A stretch of 64,000 bases of DNA, taken from an uncultured Chloroflexia bacterium. GTDB taxonomy: Bacteria > Chloroflexota > Limnocylindria > Limnocylindrales > CSP1-4. The notes under the pieces are model-generated. The model ran no database searches and was not told where the DNA came from. It saw nothing but the letters and a program-made list of their open reading frames with translations. Position numbers and translations under genes: made by a program. This document shows, in pieces, positions 10,847-21,906 of this stretch (positions within the stretch are counted from its first letter, which is position 1; each line of letters opens with the position of its first letter). The stretch spans positions 192,001 to 256,000 of the forward strand of contig CAVTHS010000003.1 in NCBI GenBank assembly GCA_963734535.1. The letters run 5' to 3'.

Positions 10847-12278
10847 GTGCTCGGGGTCGGGCGCGACGGGGCGCGCGGCGAGTGGCGCGCCGGTGCCCCG
10901 GACGCTGGGACCGGAAGCGGTCCGAGAGGACACGTTGACGCGTCCGGCGGCTCCCAGGCGACGTGGCCGGCACCGGCGGTCCCGTCGAGCGCTCGTCCTC
11001 GACCGCCGGCCCCGACCGCCGGAGGCCTCTCGCTCGACGAGGTCGATGCCTGGGCGGTGCTCGTCGCTGTCGACGGGATCGGACCGGCGACGCTCGCCTC
11101 GCTGCTGGCGGCGCTCGGCAGCGGCCGGGCGGTGCTCGCGACGGCCGCGGGACCGGCCGGTCCGCGGCGCCTGGCGGAGGCGGTCGCGCGCCGCGGGGGG
11201 CGCCTGGACGTCGCGCTCGGGCGCGCCATCGCCGATGCGGCCATGCAGGCGCCGGTCACCGTCGCGCGCGTGCGGGCGCTCGGGATCGAGGTTCTCACCA
11301 TCGAGTCCCCCGACTACCCCGGCCGGCTCCGGCTCCTGGACCTGCCGCCGCCGGTGCTGTTCGTCCAGGGCTCGCTCGCGGCTCTCGATCCGGCGCAGTC
11401 GGTCGCCATCGTCGGCACCCGGCGGGCCACCGAACGCGGGCGGCGGATCGCCGGCGCGATCGGCGGTGCGGTCTCGACTGCCGGTGCGGTCGTCGTGTCG
11501 GGCCTCGCGGTCGGCATAGACGGCGCCGCGCATGCCGCCGCGGTCGCCTGTGGCGGTCGAACCGTGGCCGTCCTCGGCTCGGGTCACCAGCGACTCTACC
11601 CGCGGGCGCACGAGCACCTCGCCGACCGGATCGTGGCTGGGGGCGGCACGGTGATCTCCGAGCTCGCGCCGGACGTCAGCGCCGTCCCGGGAACCTTCCC
11701 GCGACGAAACCGGGTCATCAGCGGCCTCGCCGACGCGACCGTCATCGTCGAGGCGGGGGAGCGGAGCGGCGCGCTCATCACCGCGAGCTGGACGCTCGAG
11801 CAGGGACGCGAGTGCTTCGTCGTTCCCGGGCCGATCGATGCCGAGCAGAGCGTCGGCTGCAACCGCCTGCTGCGGCTCTACCCGGGCCAGGCGCGGGCAG
11901 TGCCGAGCGTCGGCGGAGCTGCTCGAGGACCTGGGCCTCGCGGGGGCGACCGCCGCGCCCGCACCGGTCGGGCGCCTGCTGCGCGGCGGGCGTGCGGTCG
12001 GGCCGGATCCCGGGGCGATCCTGGCCGGCCTCGGCGCTGCGGAGGCGGCCGTCGCCCGGGCGCTTCTGCCCCGCGCCGCGACGCTCGAGGAGCTGGTCGA
12101 CGCCACCGGCTACGCGCCCGCGACCATTCTCGCGGTGCTCACCCGCCTGGAGGGCGATGGCCTGGTCGTCGCGGCGCTCGGACGGTACGGGCCGGGCGGC
12201 GCGCTTGCGGCAACGACGCCGCAGCGTCGGCGAGAACGCACGCCGGGGGGCGCCGCCGTGGTGCGCAACGGTTCCTGA
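10847..12278 (+). CDS. dprA: DNA-processing protein DprA, frameshift near 11912
   Basis: VAIVGTR, VVSGLAVGID, FPRRNRVISG, VEAGERSGALITA; C-terminal wHTH (LTRLEGDGLV) in the shifted frame; start uncertain. Confidence 0.9.
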
Positions 12279-12325
12279 ATCGTCGGGGATGCGTGCACGC
12301 AGCCAGGGCGCGATCCGGGATCCGG

Positions 12326-12355
12326 TTGCCCCTGCTCGACGGCCGGTGGTATGGT
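12326..12355 (+). promoter_or_regulatory. Sigma70-type promoter of the Ig/CAP gene
   Basis: TTGCCC-18 nt-TATGGT with TGn extended -10; GAGGAG RBS at 12421. Confidence 0.45.
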
Positions 12356-12432
12356 GCAGGCCGACCGTGGGGGAGAGCGAGCGGGGCACGGCCCCTCGCG
12401 CACGGCACCCGACCCGCAGCGAGGAGCGTCTA

Positions 12433-14163
12433 TTGCGGAAGATCGCGGCCGCGATCCTGGCCGTTCCCGTGTTCGTGGCGCTCTACCTGCCGGTCATGCG
12501 CCGGCGCAGCGTCGCGATCCGGGCGGGACTTGCCGCCGGCGCAGGCCTGCTGGTGCTCGCCGCTGCGGTGGGAACCCTGCCCCGCGCCGCCTCGGCACTT
12601 CCTCCGGCGACGGCCGGCCCCGTCGCTGCCGAGCGTTTCGGCCCGAACGTCGAGTCGCGCCAGGCGCTCGACGGAGCCGTGACCTTCGAGTTCGCCGCGC
12701 CGATGGACGAGGCGAGCGTCGCGGCAGCGCTCACCATCGACCCGCAGACGCCCCTGAACCTTGCCTGGCTCGACGGCGGCCGGCGCCTGCTGGTCACCTC
12801 GCGGAGCGCATGGGCGCCCGAGACCTACTACACGCTCACGATCGCGTCGTCGGCCCGCAACGCCGCGGGCGAGACACTGAGCGATCCGCTCCGGACCGCC
12901 TTCTACACGCGCGGTCCCACCGGTGGCCGCATCGTGGCGACGGGATCGCTCGCGAATGGACGGGTCTCGCCGGACACGGCGTTCATCGTCGCCTTCGATC
13001 GCCCCGTCGACACGGCGGCCGCCCGCGCCGCCTTCCGGATCGATCCACCCGTCGCGGGTGAGCTCCAGTCCGACAACGCCGTCGGCCCGACCGAGGGCCT
13101 GACATTCATCCCGGCCGACGGGCTTGCCGCGGGGACGAAGTACACGATCGCGATGGCGGTCGGGCTCGTCGACACCGACGGGGCGCCGCTCGCGGCGATC
13201 TCGGCACTCGCGGTCGAGACGATCGTGACGCCGGCCGTGGTCCGCTTCCGCCCGCGCGCCGGCACAGACGAGATCGCGCGGGACGCGGACATCTCGGTCC
13301 GCTTCACGCGCTCGATGGAGCGGGCGGCCACGCAGCGGGCCTTCGTCGTCTCGGTCGGGGGGAAGCAGCTGGCCGGCGACTATCACTGGGCCGAGGACGA
13401 CACCGTCGTCATCTTCAACCCGCGGGACCCGTTGCCCTGGGATACCGACGTGACGATGTCGATCACGCGCGACGCCGTCGGCGCCGACGGCATCGCGATC
13501 TCGGGCCCGATCGCCGCACGCTTCACGACGGCTGCGAAGCCGGAGGCAACGCCGACACCGACCCCGGCCCCAACTGCGAAGCCGACGCCCGCCCCTGCCA
13601 GGCCGACCGCCAAGCCGACGTCCGCGCCCGCCAAGCCGGCCCCGAAGCCAACGCCCAAGCCCGCCTCGCCGCCGTCCACCGGCGGGGGCTCGACCGGCGG
13701 CGGCGCATGGGCCGCGGCTGAGCGGTACTTCCTGAGCCTGATGAACTGCACGCGCGGCGGCGGCCTCGTGACCTCGTCGGGGGCGTGCTCGAGCCCCGGC
13801 GGAAGTGGCGTCGCGCCCCTGGTGCTCGACAGCGGGATCAGCAACACGGTCTCCCGCCCGTACGCGAAGCTGCTCGCCACCAGCGGCGTGTGCAGCCACT
13901 TCGACGGCGGGACGCCGGGCGACCGGCTCCGGCGCGCCGGCTACACCAGCTATCGCTGGGGCGAGAACCTCGGCTGCCTCTCGGCCTCGAGCGCGAACGC
14001 GTCGGCGCTCGGCACCCAGCTCTACTTCCAGTCGGAGCGCTCGTGGAGCCCGCCGGGCGGGCACTACGTCAACTTGATGAACCCGGCCTACGACCGGGTC
14101 GGGATCGGCGTCTGGATCTCGGGCGGGCAGATCCGGATCGTGATCGACTTCTACCATCCGTGA
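12433..14163 (+). CDS. Exported protein: three Ig-like (Big_5/SbsA-type) domains, Pro/Thr linker and C-terminal CAP domain
   Basis: Hydrophobic N-terminus; repeats F..PMD.ASV, FDRPVD, FTRSME; PTPTPAP linker; CSH, GENLG, GHYVNLMNPAYDRVGIG; TTG start after GAGGAG. Confidence 0.8.
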   Translation: MRKIAAAILAVPVFVALYLPVMRRRSVAIRAGLAAGAGLLVLAAAVGTLPRAASALPPATAGPVAAERFGPNVESRQALDGAVTFEFAAPMDEASVAAALTIDPQTPLNLAWLDGGRRLLVTSRSAWAPETYYTLTIASSARNAAGETLSDPLRTAFYTRGPTGGRIVATGSLANGRVSPDTAFIVAFDRPVDTAAARAAFRIDPPVAGELQSDNAVGPTEGLTFIPADGLAAGTKYTIAMAVGLVDTDGAPLAAISALAVETIVTPAVVRFRPRAGTDEIARDADISVRFTRSMERAATQRAFVVSVGGKQLAGDYHWAEDDTVVIFNPRDPLPWDTDVTMSITRDAVGADGIAISGPIAARFTTAAKPEATPTPTPAPTAKPTPAPARPTAKPTSAPAKPAPKPTPKPASPPSTGGGSTGGGAWAAAERYFLSLMNCTRGGGLVTSSGACSSPGGSGVAPLVLDSGISNTVSRPYAKLLATSGVCSHFDGGTPGDRLRRAGYTSYRWGENLGCLSASSANASALGTQLYFQSERSWSPPGGHYVNLMNPAYDRVGIGVWISGGQIRIVIDFYHP

Positions 14164-14474
14164 TCCGCGACGCGGTCCTCCACCTGATCAACGAGCAGCC
14201 GCTGCTCATCGACATCTTCGAGGCGCCCTCACCGGGCGACAGCGTCCTCGTCGGCACCAACCTGCGGACCATGAGCCGGACGCGCCCGCTCTTCGCCGAA
14301 CACGGCGACTCCACGTTCGTCTTCCCGTACACCCACATCCGGTTCGTGGAGCTGCCCGTCGCGGCCGCGGCCGGTGTCGAGTCGGTGGAGCCCATCATGT
14401 CGATCCAGCTCGCGGAGCCGGAGCCCGAGCTCGAGGTCGACGAGGACTTCCTGCGCCGCGTCCGCGAGCTCTGA
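14160..14474 (+). CDS. Small hypothetical protein
   Basis: GTGA overlap with the upstream stop; normal codon bias; acidic tail ending DEDFLRRVREL. Confidence 0.7.
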   Translation: MIRDAVLHLINEQPLLIDIFEAPSPGDSVLVGTNLRTMSRTRPLFAEHGDSTFVFPYTHIRFVELPVAAAAGVESVEPIMSIQLAEPEPELEVDEDFLRRVREL

Positions 14475-14556
14475 CGCCGCATCCGCGAGCCCGCGCCCAG
14501 CGCCGTCGCGGGCCGATCGCTGGAGGCGGCGAGCCACTCGCGCCGGTGGGCCGTGG

Positions 14557-14593
14557 CGCCGCGTGATCGGGGCTTCGACGCCGCGTGATCGGG
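14557..14593 (+). repeat. 15-bp direct repeat upstream of the topA promoter
   Basis: CGCCGCGTGATCGGG at 14557 and 14579 (22-bp period). Confidence 0.75.
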
Positions 14594-14624
14594 CGGTGAG
14601 AGCCCGGTGCTAGACTCGCTCGCC

Positions 14625-17111
14625 ATGACCGAGAACCTCGTGATCGTCGAGTCGCCGGCGAAGGCCAAGACGATCGAACGCTACCTCGGGCCGGGGTACA
14701 CCGTGCTCGCCTCGTACGGCCACGTCCGCGACCTGCCGGAGAACCCGGGCAAGGGCCAGCTGGGCGTGGACGTTGAGCATGACTTCGCGCCCGACTACGA
14801 GATCCCCGCCGATCGGCGCCGCCAGGTCACGGCGATCGAGAAGGCGGGCCGTCGCGCGGACCACATCTTCCTCGCCACGGACCTCGACCGCGAGGGCGAG
14901 GCGATCGCCTGGCACGTGGCCGAAGCGGCCCACCTTCCAGCCGACCGGACCAGCCGCGTCACGTTCAGCGAGATCACCGAGCCGGCGATCCGGGCCGCCT
15001 TCGCAGCGCCCCGGGCGATCAACGTGGACCTCGTGGACGCCCAGCAGACCCGTCGGATCGTCGACCGGCTGGTCGGCTACACGCTGAGCCCGCTCATCTC
15101 GCGAAAGGTCCGCTCGGGCCTGTCGGCCGGCCGCGTCCAGTCCGTGGCGGTTCGCCTCGTGGTCGAGCGCGAGCGCGAGATCCGGGCGTTCACGGCGCGC
15201 GAGTACTGGACGATCGAGGCGACGCTCCTGGCGCCGGACGGCACGCCGTTCACGGCCGAGCTCGTACGGATCGCCGGGCACAAGCCGGTGATCGAGGACG
15301 CGGAGACAGCGCGCCTGCACACCGAGGCGCTCCGCGCCAGCCGGCCCCTGGTCCGTGCGGTGTCGGTCAAGACCTCGAAGCGGAGCCCTGCACCGCCGTT
15401 CACGACCTCGACGCTCCAGCAGGAGGCGAGCCGGAAGCTCGGCTTCAGCCCGAAGCGGACGATGTCGGTCGCCCAGCGCCTCTACGAGGGCGTGGAGACG
15501 CCGGACGGGCAGGTCGGGCTGATCACCTACATGCGAACCGATTCCGTGGCGCTCTCGGACCAGGCGCTCGTCGAGGCGCGCGCCGTCATCGAGGCGCGGT
15601 ATGGCCGCCCGTACGTCGTGGCGAAGGGCCGCCGCTACCGGACCACGTCCCGCAATGCACAGGAGGCCCACGAGGCGATCCGGCCGACGTCCCTCGAGCG
15701 GGAGCCGGATGCGCTCGCCGGCTCGCTCGGGCGCGACGAGGCACGTCTCTACCGCCTGATCTGGCAGCGCACCCTGGCGAGCCAGATGACCGAGAAGCAG
15801 CTGGAGACGACCACGGTCGACCTCGCGGACGCCGGCTACGAGCTGCGCGCCTCGGCGACGCGCACGCTCTTCGACGGCTTCAGCCGGGTCTACACGGAGG
15901 GCCGCGACGAGGGCGAGGAGGAAGCCGAGCGAACGCTCCCGCCGCTTGCCGAGGGCGACCCGACGACGGTCGCGGAGGTCGTTCCGACCCAGCACTTCAC
16001 CGAGCCACCGCCTCGCTTCACGGAAGCATCGCTCGTGAAGTCGCTCGAGGAGCACGGCGTCGGACGCCCGTCCACGTACGCGGCGACGCTCTCGACGATC
16101 GTCGACCGGGGCTATGTCACGATCCGGGAGCGCCGGCTCTACCCGGAGCCCGTCGCCGAGATCGTGACCGACCTCCTGGTGGAGCATTTCGGGCGTTACG
16201 TGGATCTCGCGTTCACGGCCCGGATGGAGGAGGAGCTCGACGAGGTGGCGCGCGGGGAGCGCGCCTGGGTGCCGCTGCTCCGGGAGTTCTACGCCCCGCT
16301 GCGGACGCTCGTGGACGAGAAGCGCAAGGAGCTGCGGCGGAAGGACTTCACGACCGAGGCGACCGACGAGGTCTGCTCGCTGGGGCACCCGATGCTGATC
16401 CGGCTGGGCCGCAACGGACGCTTCCTCGCCTGCTCGCTCTACCCGGAGCACAAGGAGTCGCGGCCGCTCCCGGGCGAGGAGCCCGATCTCCCGGCGCTGG
16501 CCGGCGCCGGCGAGCCATGCCCGACCTGCGGTGAGACGGACGGCGGCGTGCTCGCGGTCAAGCGCGGTCGGTTCGGGCCGTTCGTGGGCTGCAACCGCTA
16601 CCCGGACTGCGCCTACATCAGGAAGGACGGCCCGCCGCCGCCTGACCAGCTTCCGTTCGAGGTGCTCTGCCCGCGATGCGGCGAGGGCCATCTCGTGGCT
16701 CGTCGTGCGCGCCGGACGGGGTCCGTCTTCTGGGGCTGCTCGCGCTACCCGAAGTGCGACTTCACGACCTCGCACGAGCCGCTCGGTCCCGTCCACGACG
16801 CCGACGGCGGCCCGGTTGCCCGTCGCGACGACGAGAGCGGCCTCTGCCTGCGATGCGGCGCGACGGTGCCGATTCCGGGCGGGATCGTCCCGGCGCCGGG
16901 GGAGTCGCTCGCCGGCGGTCCGCCGGATCCGGCTGCGCTCGCACGGCCGGGTGGACGCGGCGGACGCCGTCCCGGGGGCGGCACGGGGCGCGGCCGGTCC
17001 GAAGGCGCGGGGAGCGCGCCCCCGCGGCGCGCGCCGGCGGCGGGCACGACGCGCCGACGGCCAGCTGCCACGGGTCGTCCTGCCCGGCGCCCGTCGGCCG
17101 GCGCCGACTGA
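14625..17111 (+). CDS. topA: DNA topoisomerase I
   Basis: [35 protein letters not shown] (catalytic Tyr), GRPSTY, C-terminal Zn ribbons. Confidence 0.98.
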   Translation: MTENLVIVESPAKAKTIERYLGPGYTVLASYGHVRDLPENPGKGQLGVDVEHDFAPDYEIPADRRRQVTAIEKAGRRADHIFLATDLDREGEAIAWHVAEAAHLPADRTSRVTFSEITEPAIRAAFAAPRAINVDLVDAQQTRRIVDRLVGYTLSPLISRKVRSGLSAGRVQSVAVRLVVEREREIRAFTAREYWTIEATLLAPDGTPFTAELVRIAGHKPVIEDAETARLHTEALRASRPLVRAVSVKTSKRSPAPPFTTSTLQQEASRKLGFSPKRTMSVAQRLYEGVETPDGQVGLITYMRTDSVALSDQALVEARAVIEARYGRPYVVAKGRRYRTTSRNAQEAHEAIRPTSLEREPDALAGSLGRDEARLYRLIWQRTLASQMTEKQLETTTVDLADAGYELRASATRTLFDGFSRVYTEGRDEGEEEAERTLPPLAEGDPTTVAEVVPTQHFTEPPPRFTEASLVKSLEEHGVGRPSTYAATLSTIVDRGYVTIRERRLYPEPVAEIVTDLLVEHFGRYVDLAFTARMEEELDEVARGERAWVPLLREFYAPLRTLVDEKRKELRRKDFTTEATDEVCSLGHPMLIRLGRNGRFLACSLYPEHKESRPLPGEEPDLPALAGAGEPCPTCGETDGGVLAVKRGRFGPFVGCNRYPDCAYIRKDGPPPPDQLPFEVLCPRCGEGHLVARRARRTGSVFWGCSRYPKCDFTTSHEPLGPVHDADGGPVARRDDESGLCLRCGATVPIPGGIVPAPGESLAGGPPDPAALARPGGRGGRRPGGGTGRGRSEGAGSAPPRRAPAAGTTRRRPAATGRPARRPSAGAD

Positions 17112-17118
17112 GCTGCGG

Positions 17119-18102
17119 GTGGACGAGCCGGCGCCGCTCGAGCGGTTCCTGGCGAGCCTGGCGGCCCGCGACGCGTCGCCACACACGCAGCGCGCCTACC
17201 GGACCGCGGTCGGGACGTACCTCGCCTGGCTCGACGATCGCGGCGTGGCATGGGCTGCGCCGTCGCGCAGCGTGCTGCGCGAATACCTCGGGGAGCTCGG
17301 GTCAGGGCGTGCCCGGTCCTCGGTCGCCCAGCGCCTGGCCGCGATCCGATCGTTCCACCGCTGGGCCCGGCGGGCGGGGCTCGCCGAGGCGGACCCGTGG
17401 GCAGCGCTCGGGACGCCGCGCCGCCCTCGCCGGCTGCCCCCGGTCCTCTCGATCGCCGACGTGGAGCGCGCCGTCGCCTCCGCCGGCGACGAACAACCGG
17501 CGGGCTCGAGGGGCGCGTCCGCGGTCGGGCGCGCCCTCGCCCTGCGCGACGTGGCGATCGTCGAGACGGCCTACGCGGCCGGGCTCCGGATCGCCGAGCT
17601 CGCCGGCCTGACCCTCGACAGCCTCGACCTGGGCCGCGGCGAGCTGCGGGTCCTCGGCAAGGGCCGGAAGGAGCGCGCGGGGCTGCTCGGGAGGCCAGCG
17701 CGGGCGGCGCTCGCCGGGTACCTCGCCGAGGGCCGTCCCGCCCTGCTGGGGCGGGCGCGGCCCGGCGCCGCCCCGGATGCCGTCTTCCTCAACGCGCGCG
17801 GTGGTCCGCTCGGCGAGCGCGGGATGCGCTATCGCCTGGATGCCGTGTTCGTGCGCGCCGGCAGTCCCGAGGGAACGCATCCGCACACGCTGCGCCACTC
17901 GTTCGCCACGCACCTGCTCGACGGCGGCGCCGACCTGCGAGTCGTGCAGGAGCTCCTGGGCCACGCGAGCCTGGCCACGACGCAGGTCTACACGCACGTC
18001 TCGCCGGCGCGCCTCCGCGCCGCCTATGCCGGCGCCCACCCGCGGGCGCACGCCACCGGCACCGGCACCGCACCGGCCGACGGGACGCCCCGACCCCGGT
18101 GA
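17119..18102 (+). CDS. xerC: Tyrosine recombinase XerC-like
   Basis: [37 protein letters not shown]; conserved position after topA. Confidence 0.88.
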   Translation: MDEPAPLERFLASLAARDASPHTQRAYRTAVGTYLAWLDDRGVAWAAPSRSVLREYLGELGSGRARSSVAQRLAAIRSFHRWARRAGLAEADPWAALGTPRRPRRLPPVLSIADVERAVASAGDEQPAGSRGASAVGRALALRDVAIVETAYAAGLRIAELAGLTLDSLDLGRGELRVLGKGRKERAGLLGRPARAALAGYLAEGRPALLGRARPGAAPDAVFLNARGGPLGERGMRYRLDAVFVRAGSPEGTHPHTLRHSFATHLLDGGADLRVVQELLGHASLATTQVYTHVSPARLRAAYAGAHPRAHATGTGTAPADGTPRPR

Positions 18103-19673
18103 CATCCGGCCGCGACCTCGTCCGCGCCGGCCTGCTGGTGACCGGCGCCTACTTCGTCTCGCGGGTGCTGGGCTGGGTCCGCCTCGTGGTGATCGGGACC
18201 ACGTTCGGGATCCAGGGCGCCCTCGACCCCTTCTTCGCGGCGTTCCGGATCCCGGACATGATCTTCCAGCTCGTGGCGGCCGGCGCGCTTGCCTCGGCGC
18301 TCATTCCGACAATCGCGACGCTCATCGCCCGCAACGAGGAGGATCGAGCGTGGCGCGTGGTGTCCACGGTCACGAACCTGATGCTCGCCGGGCTGGCGAT
18401 CCTCGCCGGGTTGCTCTTCGTCTTCGCCCCGGCCGTGGTCCCGGCGATCACGCCCGGGTTCGACGCCGCCCAGATCGCGGCGACTGTCGACATGACCCGC
18501 GTCATGCTCCTCAGCCCGATCTTCCTCGCCCTCGGGTCGGTCGCGACCAGCGTGCTGCAGGCGCGGGGGCGGTTCGTCGCGTCGGTCCTCGCCCCGATCG
18601 TCTACAACCTCGCGATCATCGGCGGCGCGCTTTTCCTGGCGCCGTCGATGGGGGTCATGGGCGTGGCGGTCGGCGTGGTGGCCGGAAGCGTGCTCCACCT
18701 GGCGATTCAGCTCTACCCGGTCCTGGGACCGACGCGCTTCCGGTATCACCCACGCGTCGACATGGCCGACCCCGAGGCCCGGACCACGATCCTTCTGCTG
18801 GTGCCGCGAGCGATCGGCCTGGGCGGCGCCCAGCTTCAGCTCCTCGCCGCCACCACGATCGCCTCGACGCTCGCCGCAGGCTCGATCAGCGCCTTCACCA
18901 TCGCGTTCACCGTCTTCCAGATCCCGATCGGGACGCTCGGCGTGCCGCTGGGCATCGTCGCCCTTCCGGCGCTGAGCGAGCGGCTCGCCTCGGGCGCCGT
19001 CGGGGACTTCGTCTCGCTGCTCGGCCGGTCCCTGCGGGTGATGCTCTTCGCGATGCTGCCGATCGCGGTCGTCGCCGCGGTCGCCGCCGGGCCGATCGTC
19101 ACGATCCTGTTCGGCTACGGCAAGGTGGACGCGGCCGGGATCGAGGTCACGGCGCGAGCGCTCGTCGCGTTCCTCTTCGCGCTGCCCTCCGAGACGGTCA
19201 TCGTCCTGCTGGCCCGGGCCTTCTACGCGGCTCGGGACACGCGCACCCCGGTCGCGGCGGCGCTCCTCGCCGTGGCCCTCAGCATCGTGATCTCGATCGC
19301 GCTTGCGCCCGCGCTCGGCGTCGTCGGCCTCGCGCTCGGGATCGCGATCGCGTCGTGGCTGGAGGCCGTCATCCTGCTGATCCGGCTCGACCACCGGCTG
19401 CCGACGCTCGACGTGGCGGGAATCACCGGGGGAGGGACGCTCGCCGCCGCCTGCTCGGCCGCGGCCGGCGCCGGGGCATGGCTGGTGCTCGAGGCGGGAC
19501 GGCTCGTGCTGGGTCCCGCGCCCGGTAAGATCGGGATCGCGGGAGAGCTCGTGGTCGTCGGCCTCGTGAGCGTGGGCCTCTACCTCGGCTGCGCGCGGCT
19601 CCTGCGGATCCCGGAGGTCCCAACGATCGTGCGCCTGCTCCGTTCCGCGCTCGGCCGCGGACCGTCCGCGTGA
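18099..19673 (+). CDS. murJ: Lipid II flippase MurJ
   Basis: [15 protein letters not shown], multiple TMs, [12 protein letters not shown]. Confidence 0.93.
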   Translation: MTSGRDLVRAGLLVTGAYFVSRVLGWVRLVVIGTTFGIQGALDPFFAAFRIPDMIFQLVAAGALASALIPTIATLIARNEEDRAWRVVSTVTNLMLAGLAILAGLLFVFAPAVVPAITPGFDAAQIAATVDMTRVMLLSPIFLALGSVATSVLQARGRFVASVLAPIVYNLAIIGGALFLAPSMGVMGVAVGVVAGSVLHLAIQLYPVLGPTRFRYHPRVDMADPEARTTILLLVPRAIGLGGAQLQLLAATTIASTLAAGSISAFTIAFTVFQIPIGTLGVPLGIVALPALSERLASGAVGDFVSLLGRSLRVMLFAMLPIAVVAAVAAGPIVTILFGYGKVDAAGIEVTARALVAFLFALPSETVIVLLARAFYAARDTRTPVAAALLAVALSIVISIALAPALGVVGLALGIAIASWLEAVILLIRLDHRLPTLDVAGITGGGTLAAACSAAAGAGAWLVLEAGRLVLGPAPGKIGIAGELVVVGLVSVGLYLGCARLLRIPEVPTIVRLLRSALGRGPSA

Positions 19674-20761
19674 CCCGGACGCAGCCGGCCGGGGAGCCGG
19701 CCGCCTGGGACGCGTTCGTGGTCGGAAACGAGCGCGGCTCCTATCTGCAGCGCACCGCGTGGGCGCGCGTGAAGGCCGCGAATGGGTGGACCAGCGCGCG
19801 CGTCGTGGCGGGCGGACCCGCGCCGATCGGCGCCCAGGTTCTCCTGCGCCGACCGCGCCCGCTGCCATGGGCGTTCGCCTACGCGCCGCGCGGCCCGGTC
19901 GCGACGGCCTGGGACGCGGCGTCGCTCGGCGCGTTCACCGACGCCTTGCGAGCGGCTCCCCTCGGGCGCGTCTCGCACGTGCGGATCGACCCCGAGGTGG
20001 AGCGCGACGGCCCTCTCGATCCGGGCGGGTTCCTCCGAACGTCGCTGTCGGCCGCGGGCTGGCGGCCAGCCGCCCCGATCCAGCCGCCGTCGACCCGCGT
20101 CATCGACCTCGCGGCCGACGAGGCAGCCCTGTGGGGCGACCTCCGCAAGAAGTGGCGCCAGTACGTCAACAAGGCCCGCTCGAACGGCGTGACGGTCGTG
20201 GAGCTGCCGGGCGACCCGATCCGGCCCTTCTACGAGATCTACCGGGAAACCGCCGCCCGGGCCGGCTTCCTGATCCGGGTGGAGCAGGCGTACCGCGATG
20301 TCTGGGAGGCCTACCGGGCCACGGGGGACGCGACGATCCTGTTCGCGATCGACGCTGCCGGGACGCCGCAGGCCGCGCTCTTCCTCGTGCGCAACGGGCG
20401 CCGCGTGGTCGAGCCGTACGGCGGGATGACGGGCCCGGGCGCCGACCTTCGGGCCAACTACCTGCTCAAGTGGGAGGCGATCCGTCGCGCCCGCGCAGCC
20501 GGTGCGGCGACCTACGACCTGTGGGGGCTGGCCAACCCCGGGATCGCCCACTTCAAGACCGGCTTCGGCGGCCGCGAGGTTCGATTCGTCGGGGCCTGGG
20601 ACCTGGTCATGAGCGAGCTGGGCCGGCAGGTCTACCTGACCGCCCAGCGCCTCCGGGTGATCCGGGCACGCCGCCGGGCCGGCCTGGCAGCGGCCGGAGC
20701 GCCGGGCCTCGCGGGCGGCGACGAGTCCGCCCGCCCGCCTGGCGAGACCGACGCCGAATGA
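19670..20761 (+). CDS. FemAB/FemX-family peptidoglycan bridge aminoacyl transferase
   Basis: SYLQ..AW..VK, YAPRGP, RIDP, IDL, LRKKWR, LLKWEAI, YDLWG, FKTGFGG. Confidence 0.9.
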   Translation: MTRTQPAGEPAAWDAFVVGNERGSYLQRTAWARVKAANGWTSARVVAGGPAPIGAQVLLRRPRPLPWAFAYAPRGPVATAWDAASLGAFTDALRAAPLGRVSHVRIDPEVERDGPLDPGGFLRTSLSAAGWRPAAPIQPPSTRVIDLAADEAALWGDLRKKWRQYVNKARSNGVTVVELPGDPIRPFYEIYRETAARAGFLIRVEQAYRDVWEAYRATGDATILFAIDAAGTPQAALFLVRNGRRVVEPYGGMTGPGADLRANYLLKWEAIRRARAAGAATYDLWGLANPGIAHFKTGFGGREVRFVGAWDLVMSELGRQVYLTAQRLRVIRARRRAGLAAAGAPGLAGGDESARPPGETDAE

Positions 20762-21906
20762 GCGATCCGTCCGGGGTGCGCGAGGCCGGCCCGGAAACGC
20801 TCGCCGGCTGGGACGATCGAACGGTCCGGGTTTCCGGGGGCGACGTCCAGCAGTCACTGGCCTGGGGCGAGCACCGCGCGCGGACGGGCTGGCGGGTCCA
20901 TCACCTCGAGCTCGACGACGGAAGCGCCGTCCTCGCCCTCGGCCGGCCATGGCCGCTGCTCGGCGGTGGGCGCCTCTACCTGCCGAAGGGGCCGGTGGCG
21001 GACGGCGCATCGGCGGTGGCCGTGGCCGAGCGCTTCGCCGCGGTGGCCGCGTGGGCCAGAGAGGCCGGCTACGACGTGATCCTCGCCGATGCCGAGATTC
21101 CCGCGGCTACCGGGTACCCGGCGGTCCTGGCCGCGCGCGGCTTCCGGCCCGTCGAGGAGGTCGGGCCGTCGCGACATCGGGTGTCGGCGCCGATCGCGAC
21201 GGGCGCCGACGACGGGCGGCTGCTCGCGACCATCGGGACCACCACCCGCCAGATGATCGTGGCAGCCGAGCGGCGCGGGATGCGGGTCGTGCGCCGTGAC
21301 GTCGCCGCCGGGACCGCCCCCGGGCCGGGCTTCGAGGTGCCGGTCCACGAACGTCCCGGCGAGTCCGCGACAGCAGCGTTCGAGCGGTTCCACGCCCTCC
21401 TCGCTGCCACCGGGGAGCGGCGCGGCTTCGCGATCGGCCCGCGTCCCATGGCCCTGGCGTGGTGGCACGCCGCGCTCGCTGCCGGCTTCCTTGCCTTCCT
21501 CGAGGCACGCTCCGCGGATGACACGTACCTCGGGGCCGCCCTCTTCTACCGGAACGGAGAGCGGCTCACGTACGCGCACTCGGGCGATGTCGTCGCGTTG
21601 CGGCGCACGCATCCCGGGGCCTCGCGCCTGCTCCTCTGGCGCGCCCTCCAGCTCGCGGCGCGTGAGGGTCGCAGCGAGCTGGACCTCGGCGGCGTGGACG
21701 TGGCGGGCGCCCGATCCGAGCCCGGCCCCGGGGACCCGATGTACGGCCTCCTCGAGTTCAAGCGCTCCTTCGGCGGACGGTGGGTCGAGCTGTCCGGCGC
21801 CCACGAGCGGGTTCTCCGTCCATCGCGGGCCCGCGCCGGCGCCACGATCGGCAGCGTCGCGCACGGTGCGCGACGCCTCGCGCGCGGATGGAGGCCGGCG
21901 CGGTGA
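20758..21906 (+). CDS. Second FemAB/FemX-family GNAT transferase
   Basis: VQQSLAWG, YLPKGP, LLLWRAL, LDLGGV, GLLEFKRSFGG. Confidence 0.85.
   Translation: MSDPSGVREAGPETLAGWDDRTVRVSGGDVQQSLAWGEHRARTGWRVHHLELDDGSAVLALGRPWPLLGGGRLYLPKGPVADGASAVAVAERFAAVAAWAREAGYDVILADAEIPAATGYPAVLAARGFRPVEEVGPSRHRVSAPIATGADDGRLLATIGTTTRQMIVAAERRGMRVVRRDVAAGTAPGPGFEVPVHERPGESATAAFERFHALLAATGERRGFAIGPRPMALAWWHAALAAGFLAFLEARSADDTYLGAALFYRNGERLTYAHSGDVVALRRTHPGASRLLLWRALQLAAREGRSELDLGGVDVAGARSEPGPGDPMYGLLEFKRSFGGRWVELSGAHERVLRPSRARAGATIGSVAHGARRLARGWRPAR

Noticed and set aside
17119-18102. Tyrosine recombinase as a mobile-element integrase
   Set aside because: XerC-like size and motifs in the conserved dprA-topA-xerC context; no att sites or cargo
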